Source: Vicinamibacteria bacterium (lineage in GTDB: Bacteria; Acidobacteriota; Vicinamibacteria; Vicinamibacterales; UBA8438). From it: DNA of 64,000 bases. Made by a program: the position numbers and the translations under genes. Location of the stretch: NCBI GenBank assembly GCA_963578725.1, contig CAUZDS010000018.1, positions 84-64,083 of the forward strand, written 5' to 3'. Under the pieces are notes generated by a model. That model did no database searches and was not told where the DNA came from. It saw nothing but the letters and a program-made list of their open reading frames with translations. This document shows, piece by piece, positions 18,232 to 29,363 of this stretch (the first letter of the stretch is position 1; each line of letters starts with the position of its first letter).

Positions 18232-18353
18232 CAGCTCCCAGGATCGGATCACGATATGGGAACGGGCATGGGTGAGGTCGGGCGAGACTGTCCTCGGTGC
18301 GGGTGGCCTCGTCGACGGGCTGTGCCGCGCCTGCGGTTGCGCACCGTGTAACC

Positions 18354-19601
18354 ATGGCCAAGAAGAGCGGTGAGCCCGAGATCCTCCGTTGCTCTTTCTG
18401 CAACAAGGATCAAAACGACGTTCGGAAGCTGATCGCCGGTCCGACGGTCTTCATCTGCGACGAGTGCGTTGAGGTCTGCAACGACATCCTCGCGGACGAC
18501 AACCGGTTCGACAACCAGGGCACCCGATCGACCCTGCCGATCCCCCAGGAAATCAAGAAGTTCCTGGATGAGTACGTCATCGGGCAGGAGCAGACCAAGA
18601 AGAAGCTGGCGGTCGCCGTCTACAACCACTACAAGCGCGGCGAGATTCAGAAGCAGTCACGCAGCCGTGACGACACCGAGCTCACCAAGTCGAACATCCT
18701 GCTGATCGGACCGACCGGCACCGGCAAGACCTTGCTCGCCCAGACGCTGGCGAAGCTGCTGTCAGTGCCCTTCACGATCGTCGACGCCACCACGCTAACC
18801 GAGGCTGGCTATGTCGGTGAGGACGTCGAAAACATCGTCCTCAAACTGCTGCAGGCCGCAGGGGGCGACATCGAAAAGTGTCAACAGGGCATTATCTACA
18901 TCGACGAAATCGACAAAATCTGCCGCAAGGACGAGAACCCGTCCATCACGCGCGACGTTTCTGGCGAAGGGGTGCAACAGGCGCTGCTGAAGATTCTCGA
19001 AGGCACCGTCGCCAACGTACCGCCTCAGGGCGGTCGAAAGCATCCGCACCAGGAGTTCTTTCAGGTCGACACCAGCCACGTGCTATTCATCTGCGGCGGG
19101 GCATTCGTCGGACTCGACCAGACGATCCAGCGGCGGACCGGACGTAAGATGTTGGGGTTCGGTGCCGACATCAAGACGTCGGGCGAACGGAACCTCGGCG
19201 AGACGATCGAGATGGTCGAACCGGAAGACCTCATCCGGTACGGTCTGATCCCAGAATTCGTCGGCCGGCTACCGGTTATCGGCGCGCTGCACGAGCTGGA
19301 CAAGCCGGCGCTCATGGAGATCCTCACGCAGCCGCGGAACGCCATCACCCGCCAGTACGCACGGCTGTTCGAGTACGAGAACGTGAAGCTTCGATTCACC
19401 GACGATGCTCTCGAAGCGATTGCCGAGTCGGCGCTGGAGCGTAAGATCGGCGCGCGCGGGCTGCGCATGATCATCGAAGATCTGATGCTCGACATCATGT
19501 ACACCCTGCCCGGTCAGAAGAAGATTCGAGAGTGCGTGATCACACGTGAAGTGGTCTTGTCCAAAGATAACCCAATCACCGTCATCGAAAAGGCCGGTTA
19601 G
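18354..19601 (+). CDS. clpX: ATP-dependent Clp protease ATP-binding subunit ClpX
   Basis: N-terminal zinc ribbon CSFCNK...FICDECV, Walker [12 protein letters not shown]-loop region. The start is trimmed to [13 protein letters not shown]. Confidence 0.95.
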   Translation: MAKKSGEPEILRCSFCNKDQNDVRKLIAGPTVFICDECVEVCNDILADDNRFDNQGTRSTLPIPQEIKKFLDEYVIGQEQTKKKLAVAVYNHYKRGEIQKQSRSRDDTELTKSNILLIGPTGTGKTLLAQTLAKLLSVPFTIVDATTLTEAGYVGEDVENIVLKLLQAAGGDIEKCQQGIIYIDEIDKICRKDENPSITRDVSGEGVQQALLKILEGTVANVPPQGGRKHPHQEFFQVDTSHVLFICGGAFVGLDQTIQRRTGRKMLGFGADIKTSGERNLGETIEMVEPEDLIRYGLIPEFVGRLPVIGALHELDKPALMEILTQPRNAITRQYARLFEYENVKLRFTDDALEAIAESALERKIGARGLRMIIEDLMLDIMYTLPGQKKIRECVITREVVLSKDNPITVIEKAG

Positions 19602-19627
19602 GCAATCATTGCCTGCACATCTCCGAT

Positions 19628-22015
19628 ATGGAAGTCTACGAAACCCTCCCAATCGTCCCGTTGCGTGATGTCGTAGTCTTCCCGCACATGATGATGCCGT
19701 TCGTCATCGGACGACCATCGTCGACGCGGGCGCTCGAGCACGCGCTCATGAAAGACAAGCGGATCTTCCTCGCGGCGCAGCAGGACGCCACGACCGACGA
19801 CCCGCAACCGAAAGACATCTACACGATGGGCTGCGTTGCCAACATCGTGCAGAGCCTGAAGCTGCCGGACGGCAACATCAAGGTGCTGGTGGAAGGGCTC
19901 GAGCGCGCGCGGGCGGTCGAGTGGAAGGAAGACAAAGGATTCTACCGGGTGGTGTCGAAGCTGCTGCCCAGGCAGGACGACGTCAGCGACGACATCGAGA
20001 ACGCGATGAGCCGCAGCGTGTCGTTGTTCGAGCAATACGTCAAACTGTCGAACAACATGCACTACGACGCGATGATCGCGGCGGTCAGGGTGGACGACGC
20101 CAGCAAGCTGGCAGACACGATCGCCGCACATCTCGTGGTCGGCGTGGAGGAAAAGCAGAATCTGCTCGAGATCATTTCGCCGCTCGAACGACTCGCTCGG
20201 ATCTCCAGCATCCTCGAGAAAGAGGTGGAAAAGCTACAAGTCGACCGCCGGATCCAGTCTCGCGTGAAGAAGCAGATGGAGAAGGCGCAGAAGGAGTACT
20301 ACCTCAACGAGAAGATGAAGGCGATCCAAAAAGAGCTGGGCCGCAAGGAGGACAAGGGCAACGAGCTCGAGGAATTGAAGAAGAAGATCGAACAGGCGCG
20401 GATGCCGAAAGAGGTCGAAGAAAAGGCGACTCAGGAGCTGAAGCGTCTCGAGTGCATGCCCCCGATGTCGGCCGAGGCGACGGTCTCGCGCAACTACGTC
20501 GACTGGCTGCTCGCCGTGCCCTGGCACAAGCGGTCGCGCGAGAGCCGGGATCTCAAGAAGGCTGAGCATATTCTGAACCAGGACCACCATGGCCTGGAAA
20601 AGATCAAAGATAGGATTCTAGAATTCCTGGCGGTACGCACACTCGTGCGTAAGCCCAAGGGCACCATCCTGACGTTCACCGGCCCGCCGGGGGTTGGTAA
20701 GACATCCCTGGCGAAGTCGATCGCGCGCGCCACCAACCGCAAGTTCGTCCGGCTGTCGGTCGGCGGGGTACGGGACGAGGCGGAGATCCGCGGCCACCGG
20801 CGTACCTACATCGGCGCGTTCCCGGGCCAGATCATCCAGATGATGAAGAAGGCCGGTACGACGAATCCGGTGTTCCTCCTGGATGAGGTCGACAAGATGT
20901 CGATGGACTTCAGGGGAGACCCGTCGTCGGCACTACTCGAGGTGCTCGACCCGGAACAGAACCACACCTTCCTCGACCACTACCTGGATGTCGAGTACGA
21001 CCTCTCGAACATCATGTTCATCTGCACGGCCAACGTGCTCCACACGGTACCCCAGGCGCTGCGGGACCGGATGGAAGTCCTGCAACTGGCCGGATACACC
21101 GAGCTTGAGAAGATCGAAATCGCCAGGACCTTCCTCACACCCAAGGCGGTGAAGTCCACCGGGCTGACCAATAAGAACATCCAGTTCAAGGACGAAGCTT
21201 TCGAGACGATCATCCGGCGTTACACGCGCGAAGCCGGGGTCCGGAGCCTCGAGCGAGAAATCAACTCGATCTGCCGCAAGGTGGCCCGCAGGGTGGTCCT
21301 TGACGGGAAGGGATTCTTCGAAGAGATCACCGCCGAGAGAATCACCGAGCATCTCGGGGTGCCACGCTACCGTCCGACCATGGCGGAGGAGAAGAACGAG
21401 ATCGGCATCGCCACCGGGTTGGCCTGGACCGAGGCTGGTGGCGAGTTGCTGTTCACCGAATCGACACTGATGCCAGGCAAGGGACGACTGACCCTAACCG
21501 GCAAGTTGGGTGACGTGATGCAGGAGTCGGCCCAGGCCGCGATGAGCTACGTCCGCTCGAAAGCCGATGAGTTCGGTCTCGAGAAGAACTTCCACCGCCG
21601 CACCGACGTCCACGTGCACGTCCCCGAAGGTGCAATCCCGAAGGACGGACCGTCGGCCGGCATCACGCTGGCGACAGCGCTGGTTTCCAATCTGGCCCGT
21701 ATTCCGACCCGCCGCGATGTGGCGATGACCGGCGAGATCACGCTGCGTGGCAAGGTGCTGCCCATCGGCGGCGTCAAGGAGAAGGTGCTGGCCGCCCACC
21801 GGGCTGGGGTAAAGACGATCATCCTTCCAAAGGACAACGAGAAGGACCTGGCCGATATTCCGAAAGCTGTCCTCGACGTCCTCGAGCTGCATCTGGTGGA
21901 GTCGATGGACGAGGTGCTGAAGATCGCGCTGGTGACGCCGCTCACCGCATTGCTACCGACCCGAGATGAAACCGACCCGGGGACCACGAACCCAGACGGG
22001 CGGATCACGCACTGA
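19628..22015 (+). CDS. lon: endopeptidase La (Lon protease)
   Basis: 795 aa. LON N-domain, AAA+ GPPGVGKTS, protease domain ...[10 protein letters not shown]...GGVKEK. Confidence 0.95.
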   Translation: MEVYETLPIVPLRDVVVFPHMMMPFVIGRPSSTRALEHALMKDKRIFLAAQQDATTDDPQPKDIYTMGCVANIVQSLKLPDGNIKVLVEGLERARAVEWKEDKGFYRVVSKLLPRQDDVSDDIENAMSRSVSLFEQYVKLSNNMHYDAMIAAVRVDDASKLADTIAAHLVVGVEEKQNLLEIISPLERLARISSILEKEVEKLQVDRRIQSRVKKQMEKAQKEYYLNEKMKAIQKELGRKEDKGNELEELKKKIEQARMPKEVEEKATQELKRLECMPPMSAEATVSRNYVDWLLAVPWHKRSRESRDLKKAEHILNQDHHGLEKIKDRILEFLAVRTLVRKPKGTILTFTGPPGVGKTSLAKSIARATNRKFVRLSVGGVRDEAEIRGHRRTYIGAFPGQIIQMMKKAGTTNPVFLLDEVDKMSMDFRGDPSSALLEVLDPEQNHTFLDHYLDVEYDLSNIMFICTANVLHTVPQALRDRMEVLQLAGYTELEKIEIARTFLTPKAVKSTGLTNKNIQFKDEAFETIIRRYTREAGVRSLEREINSICRKVARRVVLDGKGFFEEITAERITEHLGVPRYRPTMAEEKNEIGIATGLAWTEAGGELLFTESTLMPGKGRLTLTGKLGDVMQESAQAAMSYVRSKADEFGLEKNFHRRTDVHVHVPEGAIPKDGPSAGITLATALVSNLARIPTRRDVAMTGEITLRGKVLPIGGVKEKVLAAHRAGVKTIILPKDNEKDLADIPKAVLDVLELHLVESMDEVLKIALVTPLTALLPTRDETDPGTTNPDGRITH

Positions 22016-22132
22016 TGGACCCCAGGGGTGGTCCTCGGCCCAGCGGTTACGTTCGCCTTGTCTGGTGTCTGCACGAACTGACGGCATCACCCGCCAGCTT
22101 TTTCTCCTGTTCACTTCGGGTATAACCGTAGT

Positions 22133-22747
22133 GTGAAGATCCAGACGGCGGAGTTCGTCACGAGCGTCGGACCTGACGGTAGGCTGCCCGTCGAACATCT
22201 GCCGCAGATAGCCTTCGTCGGGCGGTCTAACGTTGGCAAATCAACGCTGATAAACGCCCTAGCACACCGCAAGATCGCCAGGGCCGGCGGTGCACCAGGC
22301 ACGACCCGGCTGCTCAACGTCTATCGTATCCGGCTCACCGGGCACCGTGGCGAACTGCTGCTGGTCGACCTGCCCGGCTACGGCTACGCGCGCGGCTCAC
22401 CAGCCGACCGCGGCTTCGACAGGCTGACACAGCGCTACTTCAACCCGGATCCGAACGAGATGCCGACGCGCCCAGGCCGCACCGGACCTGCCGGGGCGGT
22501 CCTGCTCGTCGACGCCAGGCACCCGGGGATCGAGAGCGACCGTGACGCGCTCACCTGGCTGACCGAGCTACGACTGCCCCTTCTCGTGGCAGCCACCAAG
22601 GTCGACCGGGTGACGCGGTCGGCTCGGAAGGCGAGGCTGGAGTCCCACGAGACGGCGCTAGAGCGGACCATCCTGCCGATTTCGTCGAAGCTCGGGGACG
22701 GGCTACCCGCGTTCTGGGCGAGCCTGTTGCAGCTGGCAGGGGTGTAG
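22133..22747 (+). CDS. engB: ribosome biogenesis GTP-binding protein YihA/YsxC
   Basis: 204 aa, GTG start. G1 GRSNVGKST, G3 DLPGYG, G4 TKVD. Conserved position after lon. Confidence 0.85.
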   Translation: MKIQTAEFVTSVGPDGRLPVEHLPQIAFVGRSNVGKSTLINALAHRKIARAGGAPGTTRLLNVYRIRLTGHRGELLLVDLPGYGYARGSPADRGFDRLTQRYFNPDPNEMPTRPGRTGPAGAVLLVDARHPGIESDRDALTWLTELRLPLLVAATKVDRVTRSARKARLESHETALERTILPISSKLGDGLPAFWASLLQLAGV

Positions 22748-22991
22748 CGGCTCCCCCCACCAGCTCTGGCCTCACAGACTCAGACGGTCTGGAGGGCGCC
22801 CGTCTGCTACAATGAGGAGTTCGGTTGCCAGTTACGCGGTCCCAGACGACACTATGCGACTCGGTCGAAATCGTCGGTGACCGCCACGGCACGCGCGCGC
22901 CAGCGAGGAAGCGGCGCTGGGCGTTGGGCCCACGCAAGCGGCCGAGCCAGGGTGTGGGGGGAACCCCACGTTAGATAATGAGGAGCATACC

Positions 22992-23273
22992 GTGAGGGAA
23001 GGCATCCACCCTGAGTATCACGAAGTCGATGTTCGCTGCGCGTGCGGCGCCACCTGGAAGACGAGATCAACCAAGAAAGAGTTCCGGCTCGAGATCTGCT
23101 CGAGCTGCCACCCCTTCTTCACAGGCCGACAGAAGCTGATTGACACCGAGGGTCGCGTCGAGCGTTTCATGAAGAAGTACGGCGCCCAGACGGTCGCCGG
23201 AATAAAGCAACGCCAGGAGGACCAGCGCAAGACCGCCGCCGCGCAGCCCCACGAGCCGACCCCGACCAGCTAG
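22992..23273 (+). CDS. rpmE: 50S ribosomal protein L31 (Cys-containing type) with C-terminal extension
   Basis: [48 protein letters not shown]. Confidence 0.9.
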   Translation: MREGIHPEYHEVDVRCACGATWKTRSTKKEFRLEICSSCHPFFTGRQKLIDTEGRVERFMKKYGAQTVAGIKQRQEDQRKTAAAQPHEPTPTS

Positions 23274-23859
23274 TGGCCTGGATCGACCAGGCCGTCACCC
23301 GCCCTCACAGCCGGCCCGCCAGCCGCCGCTCCAACCGCGTCATTCTCTTCTGCTCGTCCAGCCGGCCACAGGCCGTCCGCTCTTCCGCATATGCGCGGCG
23401 AGCGAACGTCAGCGGCCGCCCCGCATCCTTCAACCAACGCTGTGGTGTACGGCGATGGCACTCAGGGCCTCGTGCTCGAACAACCCTGGCGTCCGCCGGA
23501 GGTCGAGCAACCGGTGCTAGACCCGCACCGCCCCAGTATGACGACGCTGGCGGCGTCACGCGAACGCCAGGCGGTGACGTACGCTCCGTCAAGTGGCGCG
23601 ACAGCAGGCGAACCGGCCGACCCGTCGCTGCCGACTATCCCGGCCTGCACGAGCCGCTCCAGCACTTCGAACAGGGCGGCATCCCGATGGCCGTGAGACA
23701 CGGTTGGATGTGTAGTTCGAACCACGCAGGCCGAGTAGCGAGGTTCCGTGCATGGACGAGGATGGTAGAAGGGGAATTAAAGACGACTAAGTAACAAACC
23801 AAAGCGTAACTTGAGGGGGGTGCAACAGGTTTTTCGTTCCCCGCCTCCTGCGCTGCAGA

Positions 23860-24636
23860 TCAGATCAGCGACCGGGACTGGCCACCGTCGACGCTGATGC
23901 TGGCGCCGGTAACCCAGCTGGCGCGTGGTGAGGCGAGGAAGGCGACGACGTCTCCCACTTCCTCGGCACGGCCGAATCGACCAAACGGGATCTCGCGCGT
24001 GACGAACGCCGCCATCGCCTCCGGTTCGTCCGCCTGTCGCTTCGCCCAGGAGCCGCCGGGGAACGAAATGGACCCCGGCGCAACACTGTTCACCCGGATG
24101 TTGTCCCTGGCGAGCTGCCCGGCCAGCGATTTCGCCAGGCTGATCTCCGCCGCCTTCACCGCGTTGTAGGTCATCCGACCGCCAGACTCCCGGCCCCAGA
24201 TCGACGCAATCATGATGATGACGCCGCCACCACGCGCTCGCATATGCGGCACCGCGAGCCGGGACGCGCGGATCGCCGGATACAACGTCGCGTCGAGCGC
24301 CGCCTGCCACTCGCGATCGGTCGTATCGTGCAGCTCCCCGCCCTTGGCCGTTGCAACGTTGTTGACCAGGATGTCAATGCCACCGAACGCGCTCAGCGCC
24401 AGGTCGATAACGGCTACGACGCCTGCGGCCGTGGTCAGGTCCGCTTCTACGCCGACCACGGCGTCATCCGAACCGACGGCGCGCAACTCAGCGACCGCTG
24501 CCGCCAGGCGATCAGCACCCCGCGCGCAGATGCAGACCCGCGCTCCCTCGCTGACCAGCGCCTTGGCGCTGGCCAATCCGAGACCGCGACTCGACCCGGT
24601 GATGACGGCTGCTTTACCGTCGAGCTGTAGGTCCAT
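23860..24636 (-). CDS. SDR family oxidoreductase (FabG-like short-chain dehydrogenase)
   Basis: 258 aa. TGSSRGLG cofactor motif, NNVA, and catalytic Y..AVKAA (YxxxK). Confidence 0.85.
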   Translation of the reverse strand: MDLQLDGKAAVITGSSRGLGLASAKALVSEGARVCICARGADRLAAAVAELRAVGSDDAVVGVEADLTTAAGVVAVIDLALSAFGGIDILVNNVATAKGGELHDTTDREWQAALDATLYPAIRASRLAVPHMRARGGGVIIMIASIWGRESGGRMTYNAVKAAEISLAKSLAGQLARDNIRVNSVAPGSISFPGGSWAKRQADEPEAMAAFVTREIPFGRFGRAEEVGDVVAFLASPRASWVTGASISVDGGQSRSLI

Positions 24637-24672
24637 CGAGCTGTGTATGGCCTCCTGGCCGGCAGGCGACAG

Positions 24673-25668
24673 TCAGTCCGCCTTCGCCTCGGCTCTAGCG
24701 GACTCGCCGAAGCTCCCCGCTGGAACACCGGCGCTTGAAGGCGGGAAGGCGGCGACCCGGCCGCCGCCCGCGTGATGGCCAGGGGCGCTTATCGAGCGGG
24801 GCACCGGCACGCCACCAGTCAGATCGTTCAGACGCCAGTCAAAGTCGCGATAACGCAGACGGAACGTGTTCCGCGCGAGAAACTCCCGTTCACTTGGAAA
24901 CAGCGCGGGCGCGATGAGAGCCACGATGGCGCTCTCGATGGGGCTGCGGCCGGAGCCGCCGTCGTCTGCGGACCGCGCGGCGAACTGATCCACCCGCCAG
25001 CCGAACACCGCGCTGACCACCAGCTCGTCGCCGGCCCGGTCGAACGTGACATGGCGTGGAGTAGTCGCGACATCGGACACCACGGCCTGCAGTTGCGCCT
25101 CGAGCCGATCGTCGCTGAACGCCGCGCTGCGCAGTCTTGGGCTCCCGACCGCTCCGCGCCCCAGCGCCAGATGCGCCCGCGGGTCGCCGAAAGGAGCGAT
25201 CAGCTCGTCCTCGATCGCCTGCAGGGTTAGCCTGCGTCCAGCGATCAGGTGCTCTCGCCGCGAGAACATACCCGGAATCTGCATCACGCTGTCTTCCGGA
25301 AAATCGGCGAACCCGCTCCGGATCGGATAGTGATGGATGACGGTCCGCAACACGAGGACGTTGTAACCGTTGAGCCAGTACGCGAGCCGGCGCGCGTCGG
25401 ACCAGGCCTCGAAGGCAGTCGGCCGTTCAGCCAGCGACGCTACGTGCCGGTCAATCGCGCGACGCTCCTCTCGGAGCGCCGCATAGTAGACGAACCCGTC
25501 ACGCACATATTGATCGAGAATCTGGTCCAGGACGTCGGCGTCCGGTGACTGCGCACCTCCGGCGACCGGTGCCACGCACCAGACGCCGGCAACGAGCGTC
25601 ACAGCGAGTCCAAGCCAACGCGCGAACGCGCGCCTGTGGCGACACGCGGGTCGCCGAACTGACGTCAC
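24673..25668 (-). CDS. DUF547 domain-containing protein with signal peptide; start uncertain (GTG 25668 proposed)
   Basis: ...RLAYWLNGYNVLVLRTVIHHYPI...LTLQAIEDELI..FGDPRAHLALGRGAVGSPRL fits DUF547. The ORF-track start 25875 would overlap the divergent gene, and the signal peptide begins just after the GTG. Confidence 0.7.
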   Translation of the reverse strand: MTSVRRPACRHRRAFARWLGLAVTLVAGVWCVAPVAGGAQSPDADVLDQILDQYVRDGFVYYAALREERRAIDRHVASLAERPTAFEAWSDARRLAYWLNGYNVLVLRTVIHHYPIRSGFADFPEDSVMQIPGMFSRREHLIAGRRLTLQAIEDELIAPFGDPRAHLALGRGAVGSPRLRSAAFSDDRLEAQLQAVVSDVATTPRHVTFDRAGDELVVSAVFGWRVDQFAARSADDGGSGRSPIESAIVALIAPALFPSEREFLARNTFRLRYRDFDWRLNDLTGGVPVPRSISAPGHHAGGGRVAAFPPSSAGVPAGSFGESARAEAKAD

Positions 25669-25826
25669 CGCACGAGAATCGTTGCCGCAGCTCACGTGTG
25701 TTGAGCGTCCTCCGCTGGCCCGGCTGGCCTGAAGGCGCTTGCTACGATGCTCATCCAGCTCCCAACACAACTGAGCGCCGGGGTTAGGACATTCAGCCAC
25801 GAGGAACGCATAATACATCAGACACG

Positions 25827-26207
25827 ATGTTGACCTTCGCCGCGCTTGGCATGGCCGGCTACGGGCTGTACTCACTGGGGGCCGGGTTCGCGGATCTGTT
25901 TGGAGATTCGCAACTCGAGTTGCTCGCCGACGTGGGCTCGATCATGCTCGGAGCGATGCTGGTGCTCGCCGGGCTCTTCGTTCGCATCGGGTTGCCGGGT
26001 AGTCTGGCGCTGGCGTTAGCCGCCCTGTTCGGACTCCAATCGCTGGCGCTCCACAACGCCGCGCACCTCTACCGCCAGGTCGCGCCAGAGCCGCAGATAG
26101 CCCGTGCCCTGTTCGCCGCGCTTCTGGTGGCACTCGCCTACTTCGGGCGGAACGAGGAAAACACGAAGGAGACTAGAGACTGGAGACCCGAGACGAGAGA
26201 CCGCTGA
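25827..26207 (+). CDS. hypothetical small integral membrane protein (about 4 TM helices)
   Basis: 126 aa, four hydrophobic segments, no family recognised. Confidence 0.45.
   Translation: MLTFAALGMAGYGLYSLGAGFADLFGDSQLELLADVGSIMLGAMLVLAGLFVRIGLPGSLALALAALFGLQSLALHNAAHLYRQVAPEPQIARALFAALLVALAYFGRNEENTKETRDWRPETRDR
26168..26202 (+). repeat. five tandem heptamers (N-GAGAC-N)
   Basis: GGAGACT AGAGACT GGAGACC CGAGACG AGAGACC at the 3' end of the hypothetical membrane ORF, between convergent genes. Confidence 0.9.
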
Positions 26208-26240
26208 AGATCTCCCGCCTCCGCCACGGCTACGGCGGTC

Positions 26241-29030
26241 CTAGGCACAGCCGCTTGTGGCACCGCAGTTGACGCACTTGTAGCAGCTGCCGTTGCGGAT
26301 CATGATCGCCCCGCAGGTCGAGCAGGGCGGAGCATCCTGGTCGTTCTGGATCGAAAACGGCGCACCACGGCTCCCTGTACCCTCGTCCGGGGATGACCCA
26401 GCGGGCGCCCCATCTTTACCCGTGACCAGTGCATCGAGCTCGAGCTGCTCTCCCGCCGGCTGCGCGCCGGCCCGTACGTTCACCCCGGCGTGATACTGCG
26501 CCTCCGGAGAGAGAAACTTCGTCGCCATCCACCGGAAGATGTAGTCGACGATCGACTTGGCCACACGGACATCCGGGTTCTTGGTGATGCCGGCCGGCTC
26601 GAACCGGACGTGGCTGAATTTGTCCACAAGCACCTGCAGCGGCACGCCGTACTGCAGCGCGTAGGACACCGCCTGGGCGAATGCGTCCGCGAACCCGGAG
26701 ATGGTCGAGCCCTCCTTCGCCATCACCAGGAAGATCTCACCTGGCGTGCCATCCTCGAATAAACCGACCGTGATGTAGCCTTCGTGCCCGGCAATGTCGA
26801 ACTTGTGGGTAAGCGCTTGACGCTCGTCCGGCAGGCGGCGGCGCGCCGGCGGCGTAACGGTCTCCGTGGCCACCGTCACACCGGCACGAGATGTGTTCAG
26901 CGGCTGGGTACGCTTGCTGCCATCGCGATAGATCGACACCGCCTTAGTGCCGAGCCGCCAGGCGTCGATGTAGGCCTGCTCGATATCCTCGATGGTTGCG
27001 TCAGTCGGCACGTTGATCGTCTTCGAGATGGCACCCGAGATGAACGGCTGAGTCGCGCCGATCATCTTGATGTGCCCCATGTAGTCGATCGCCCTGGACC
27101 CACGTGCCGGCTTGAACGCACAGTCAAAAACCTCCAGGTGTGCTGTGTCGAGATGCGGCGCGCCCTCGATCGTCTCGTGCTCGTCGATATAAGCGACGAT
27201 CGCGTCGACCTGATCCGGCGCATAGCCAAGATGGCGCAGCGCCATCGGCACGGTGTTGTTCACGATCTTCATGAGACCGCCGCCAACCAGCTTCTTGTAC
27301 TTGACGAGTGCGATATCCGGTTCGACTCCGGTGGTGTCGCAATCCATCATGAACCCGATAGTCCCGGTTGGCGCCAGCACCGTCGCCTGCGCGTTGCGAT
27401 AGCCGAACTGCTCGCCCAATTCCACGGCATCGTCCCAGGACTGGCTTGCCGCCGCGAACAGGGGCTCTGGCACCTGGTCAACGCTGATGCCCTTCAGCCC
27501 ATCGCGGTGCTTGAGTATGACTCGCAGGAACGGCTCCCGGTTGGCGGCATAGCCGCTGAACGGCCCGCCGTGGTCCCGCGCGATCCGCGCCGACTGGGCG
27601 TACGCCTCGCCCGTCATGAGCGCCGTCAGCGCCCCGGCCCAATCCCGTCCCTCCTCGCTGTCATACGGGATTCCCCGAGACATCAGCAGCGCCCCGAGGT
27701 TGGCATAGCCGAGACCGAGCGGCCGGTAGGCCTGGCTGTTACGCCCAATCGTCTCGGTCGGATAGCTCGCGTTGTCGACGATGATCTCCTGCGCGGTAAT
27801 CATCGTTCGCACGCCAGCCGCAAATGCTTTGGCATCAAACTCGCCCGCGTCGTCGAGGAACCGCATCAGGTTCAACGACGCGAGGTTGCAGGCCGAGTCG
27901 TCGAGGAACATGTACTCGGAGCAGGGGTTCGACGCGCGGATCCGGCCAGTGTCCGAACAGGTGTGCCAGTCGTTGATGGTCGTGTCGAACTGCATCCCGG
28001 GGTCGCCGCACACGTGTGTGCCCTCAGCGATCAGCCGCATGAGATGGCGCGCCTTGCAGGTGTCCATCACTCGGCCATCGGTGATCGCCCGGGTCTGCCA
28101 GTCGCCGTCGTCGAGCACCGCCCGCATGAATTCGTCGGACACGCGAACGCTGTTGTTCGAGTTCTGGAAGAACACGGACGAGTACGCCGTGCCCGTGAAC
28201 GACCCGTCGTACCCCGCGTCGATCAGCGCCCACGCCTTGCGCTCCTCGTCGACCTTGCAGTTGATGAAGTCAACGATGTCCGGATGGTCGACGTTGAGCA
28301 CGACCATCTTCGCCGCCCGGCGGGTCTTGCCGCCTGACTTGATGACCCCGGCGAACGCGTCGTAGCCCTTCATGAACGATACCGGCCCCGACGCGGTTCC
28401 CCCCCCACCGAGCAGCTCGCGCGACGACCGGATCGACGACAGGTTAGTGCCGGTGCCAGACCCGAACTTAAACAGCATCCCTTCGGTCCTGGCCAGGGTC
28501 AGGATCGATTCCATCGTATCCTGCACCGAGTTGATGAAGCAGGCCGAGCACTGTGGCGCCGCCTCGAACCCGCAGTTGAACCAGACCGGACTGTTGAAGG
28601 CGGCTTTCTGAAACACGAGGAGATGCTTGAGGTCGTCGCTGAACGCTTGTACGTCGTCCTCGCTCGCGAAGTAATTACTCGTCCGGGCCCACTCCGTGAT
28701 CGCATCGACCACGCGACCGATGAGCTGCTTGACGCTGCGCTCTCGAGTCGGCGACCCCATCTGCCCGCGGAAATACTTGGACACGACGATGTTCGTCGCC
28801 TGTTGCGACCAGAAAGATGGAATCTCCACGTCTCGCTGCTCGAAGACAACCTCCCCCTGCTCGCTGCCGATCAGCGCCACGCGCGATTCCCACTCAATCT
28901 CGTCGAACGGGTCGCACCCTTCGCGAGAAAAGAACCGGGAAAACTCCAGACCGGACTGCTCGGCCACCGGAGTGATCAGGTTTACCTGCTGGTCGATAGC
29001 CTCTGTTTCTTGAGCAGCGCCTCTCGGCAT
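26241..29030 (-). CDS. nrdJ: adenosylcobalamin-dependent ribonucleoside-diphosphate reductase (class II RNR)
   Basis: About 930 aa. ...NSPVWFNCG..., SNPCSEY active-site region, and C-terminal zinc ribbon CSTCGAIMIRNGSCYKCVNCGATSGC. The start is trimmed to Met16 (29030), which is preceded by an AAGGAG RBS. Confidence 0.92.
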   Translation of the reverse strand: MPRGAAQETEAIDQQVNLITPVAEQSGLEFSRFFSREGCDPFDEIEWESRVALIGSEQGEVVFEQRDVEIPSFWSQQATNIVVSKYFRGQMGSPTRERSVKQLIGRVVDAITEWARTSNYFASEDDVQAFSDDLKHLLVFQKAAFNSPVWFNCGFEAAPQCSACFINSVQDTMESILTLARTEGMLFKFGSGTGTNLSSIRSSRELLGGGGTASGPVSFMKGYDAFAGVIKSGGKTRRAAKMVVLNVDHPDIVDFINCKVDEERKAWALIDAGYDGSFTGTAYSSVFFQNSNNSVRVSDEFMRAVLDDGDWQTRAITDGRVMDTCKARHLMRLIAEGTHVCGDPGMQFDTTINDWHTCSDTGRIRASNPCSEYMFLDDSACNLASLNLMRFLDDAGEFDAKAFAAGVRTMITAQEIIVDNASYPTETIGRNSQAYRPLGLGYANLGALLMSRGIPYDSEEGRDWAGALTALMTGEAYAQSARIARDHGGPFSGYAANREPFLRVILKHRDGLKGISVDQVPEPLFAAASQSWDDAVELGEQFGYRNAQATVLAPTGTIGFMMDCDTTGVEPDIALVKYKKLVGGGLMKIVNNTVPMALRHLGYAPDQVDAIVAYIDEHETIEGAPHLDTAHLEVFDCAFKPARGSRAIDYMGHIKMIGATQPFISGAISKTINVPTDATIEDIEQAYIDAWRLGTKAVSIYRDGSKRTQPLNTSRAGVTVATETVTPPARRRLPDERQALTHKFDIAGHEGYITVGLFEDGTPGEIFLVMAKEGSTISGFADAFAQAVSYALQYGVPLQVLVDKFSHVRFEPAGITKNPDVRVAKSIVDYIFRWMATKFLSPEAQYHAGVNVRAGAQPAGEQLELDALVTGKDGAPAGSSPDEGTGSRGAPFSIQNDQDAPPCSTCGAIMIRNGSCYKCVNCGATSGCA

Positions 29031-29295
29031 ATAGTCACTCCTTCCGACGAAGAACACGCGGAGCGTGTCACACAAGCTGTGAACACTGAGATTTCACCGC
29101 GAGGAAAGGGCCGGTCTATTTCCTCCTGACTCCAGAGCGGGCATCTGCAGAGAGCCAGCCGGATCGCAGTAACCCATCTGCGCCTTCGACGCGCCTCAAC
29201 GGCGGGACACGGTATGAGCACGAAGCGGGCCTGATGTGCCGGACCGCTGAGACAGGCCACTCGCTCCCCCACCCCTGGTGTACGCCTCGGCCGGT

Positions 29296-29324
29296 ACTAT
29301 GGGACCAGATGTCTGGTTTGTCAA
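29296..29324 (-). promoter_or_regulatory. candidate sigma70 promoter for nrdJ (TTGACA-17 nt-CATAGT on minus strand)
   Basis: -35 at 29324..29319 and -10 at 29301..29296. Lies immediately downstream of the NrdR boxes and implies a 5' UTR of about 260 nt. Confidence 0.35.
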
Positions 29325-29331
29325 GAGACAC

Positions 29332-29347
29332 CCACAAGATGTGGTGT
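29332..29347 (-). promoter_or_regulatory. NrdR box (imperfect)
   Basis: CCACAAGATGTGGTGT matches about 12/16 positions of the NrdR-box consensus acaCwAtATaTwGtgt. Confidence 0.55.
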
Positions 29348-29363
29348 AAGACTGTGATATCAC

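Noticed and set aside
23715-23723. GTTCGAACC, a T-loop-like sequence suggesting a tRNA or tmRNA gene in the unassigned 23280-23860 gap.
   Set aside because: I could not build a matching T-stem, acceptor stem, CCA end or tag-peptide reading frame on either strand.
29109-29131. Possible cobalamin riboswitch in the nrdJ leader. The minus strand reads AGTCAGGAGGAAATAGACCGGCC, reminiscent of a B12 box.
   Set aside because: The rest of the riboswitch core (AGGGAA...GGTG..AA.CC...CCCGC.ACTGT, in the right order upstream of the box) is not present, and the 'box' has an insertion. B12 riboswitches normally repress B12-independent RNRs, not the B12-dependent enzyme.
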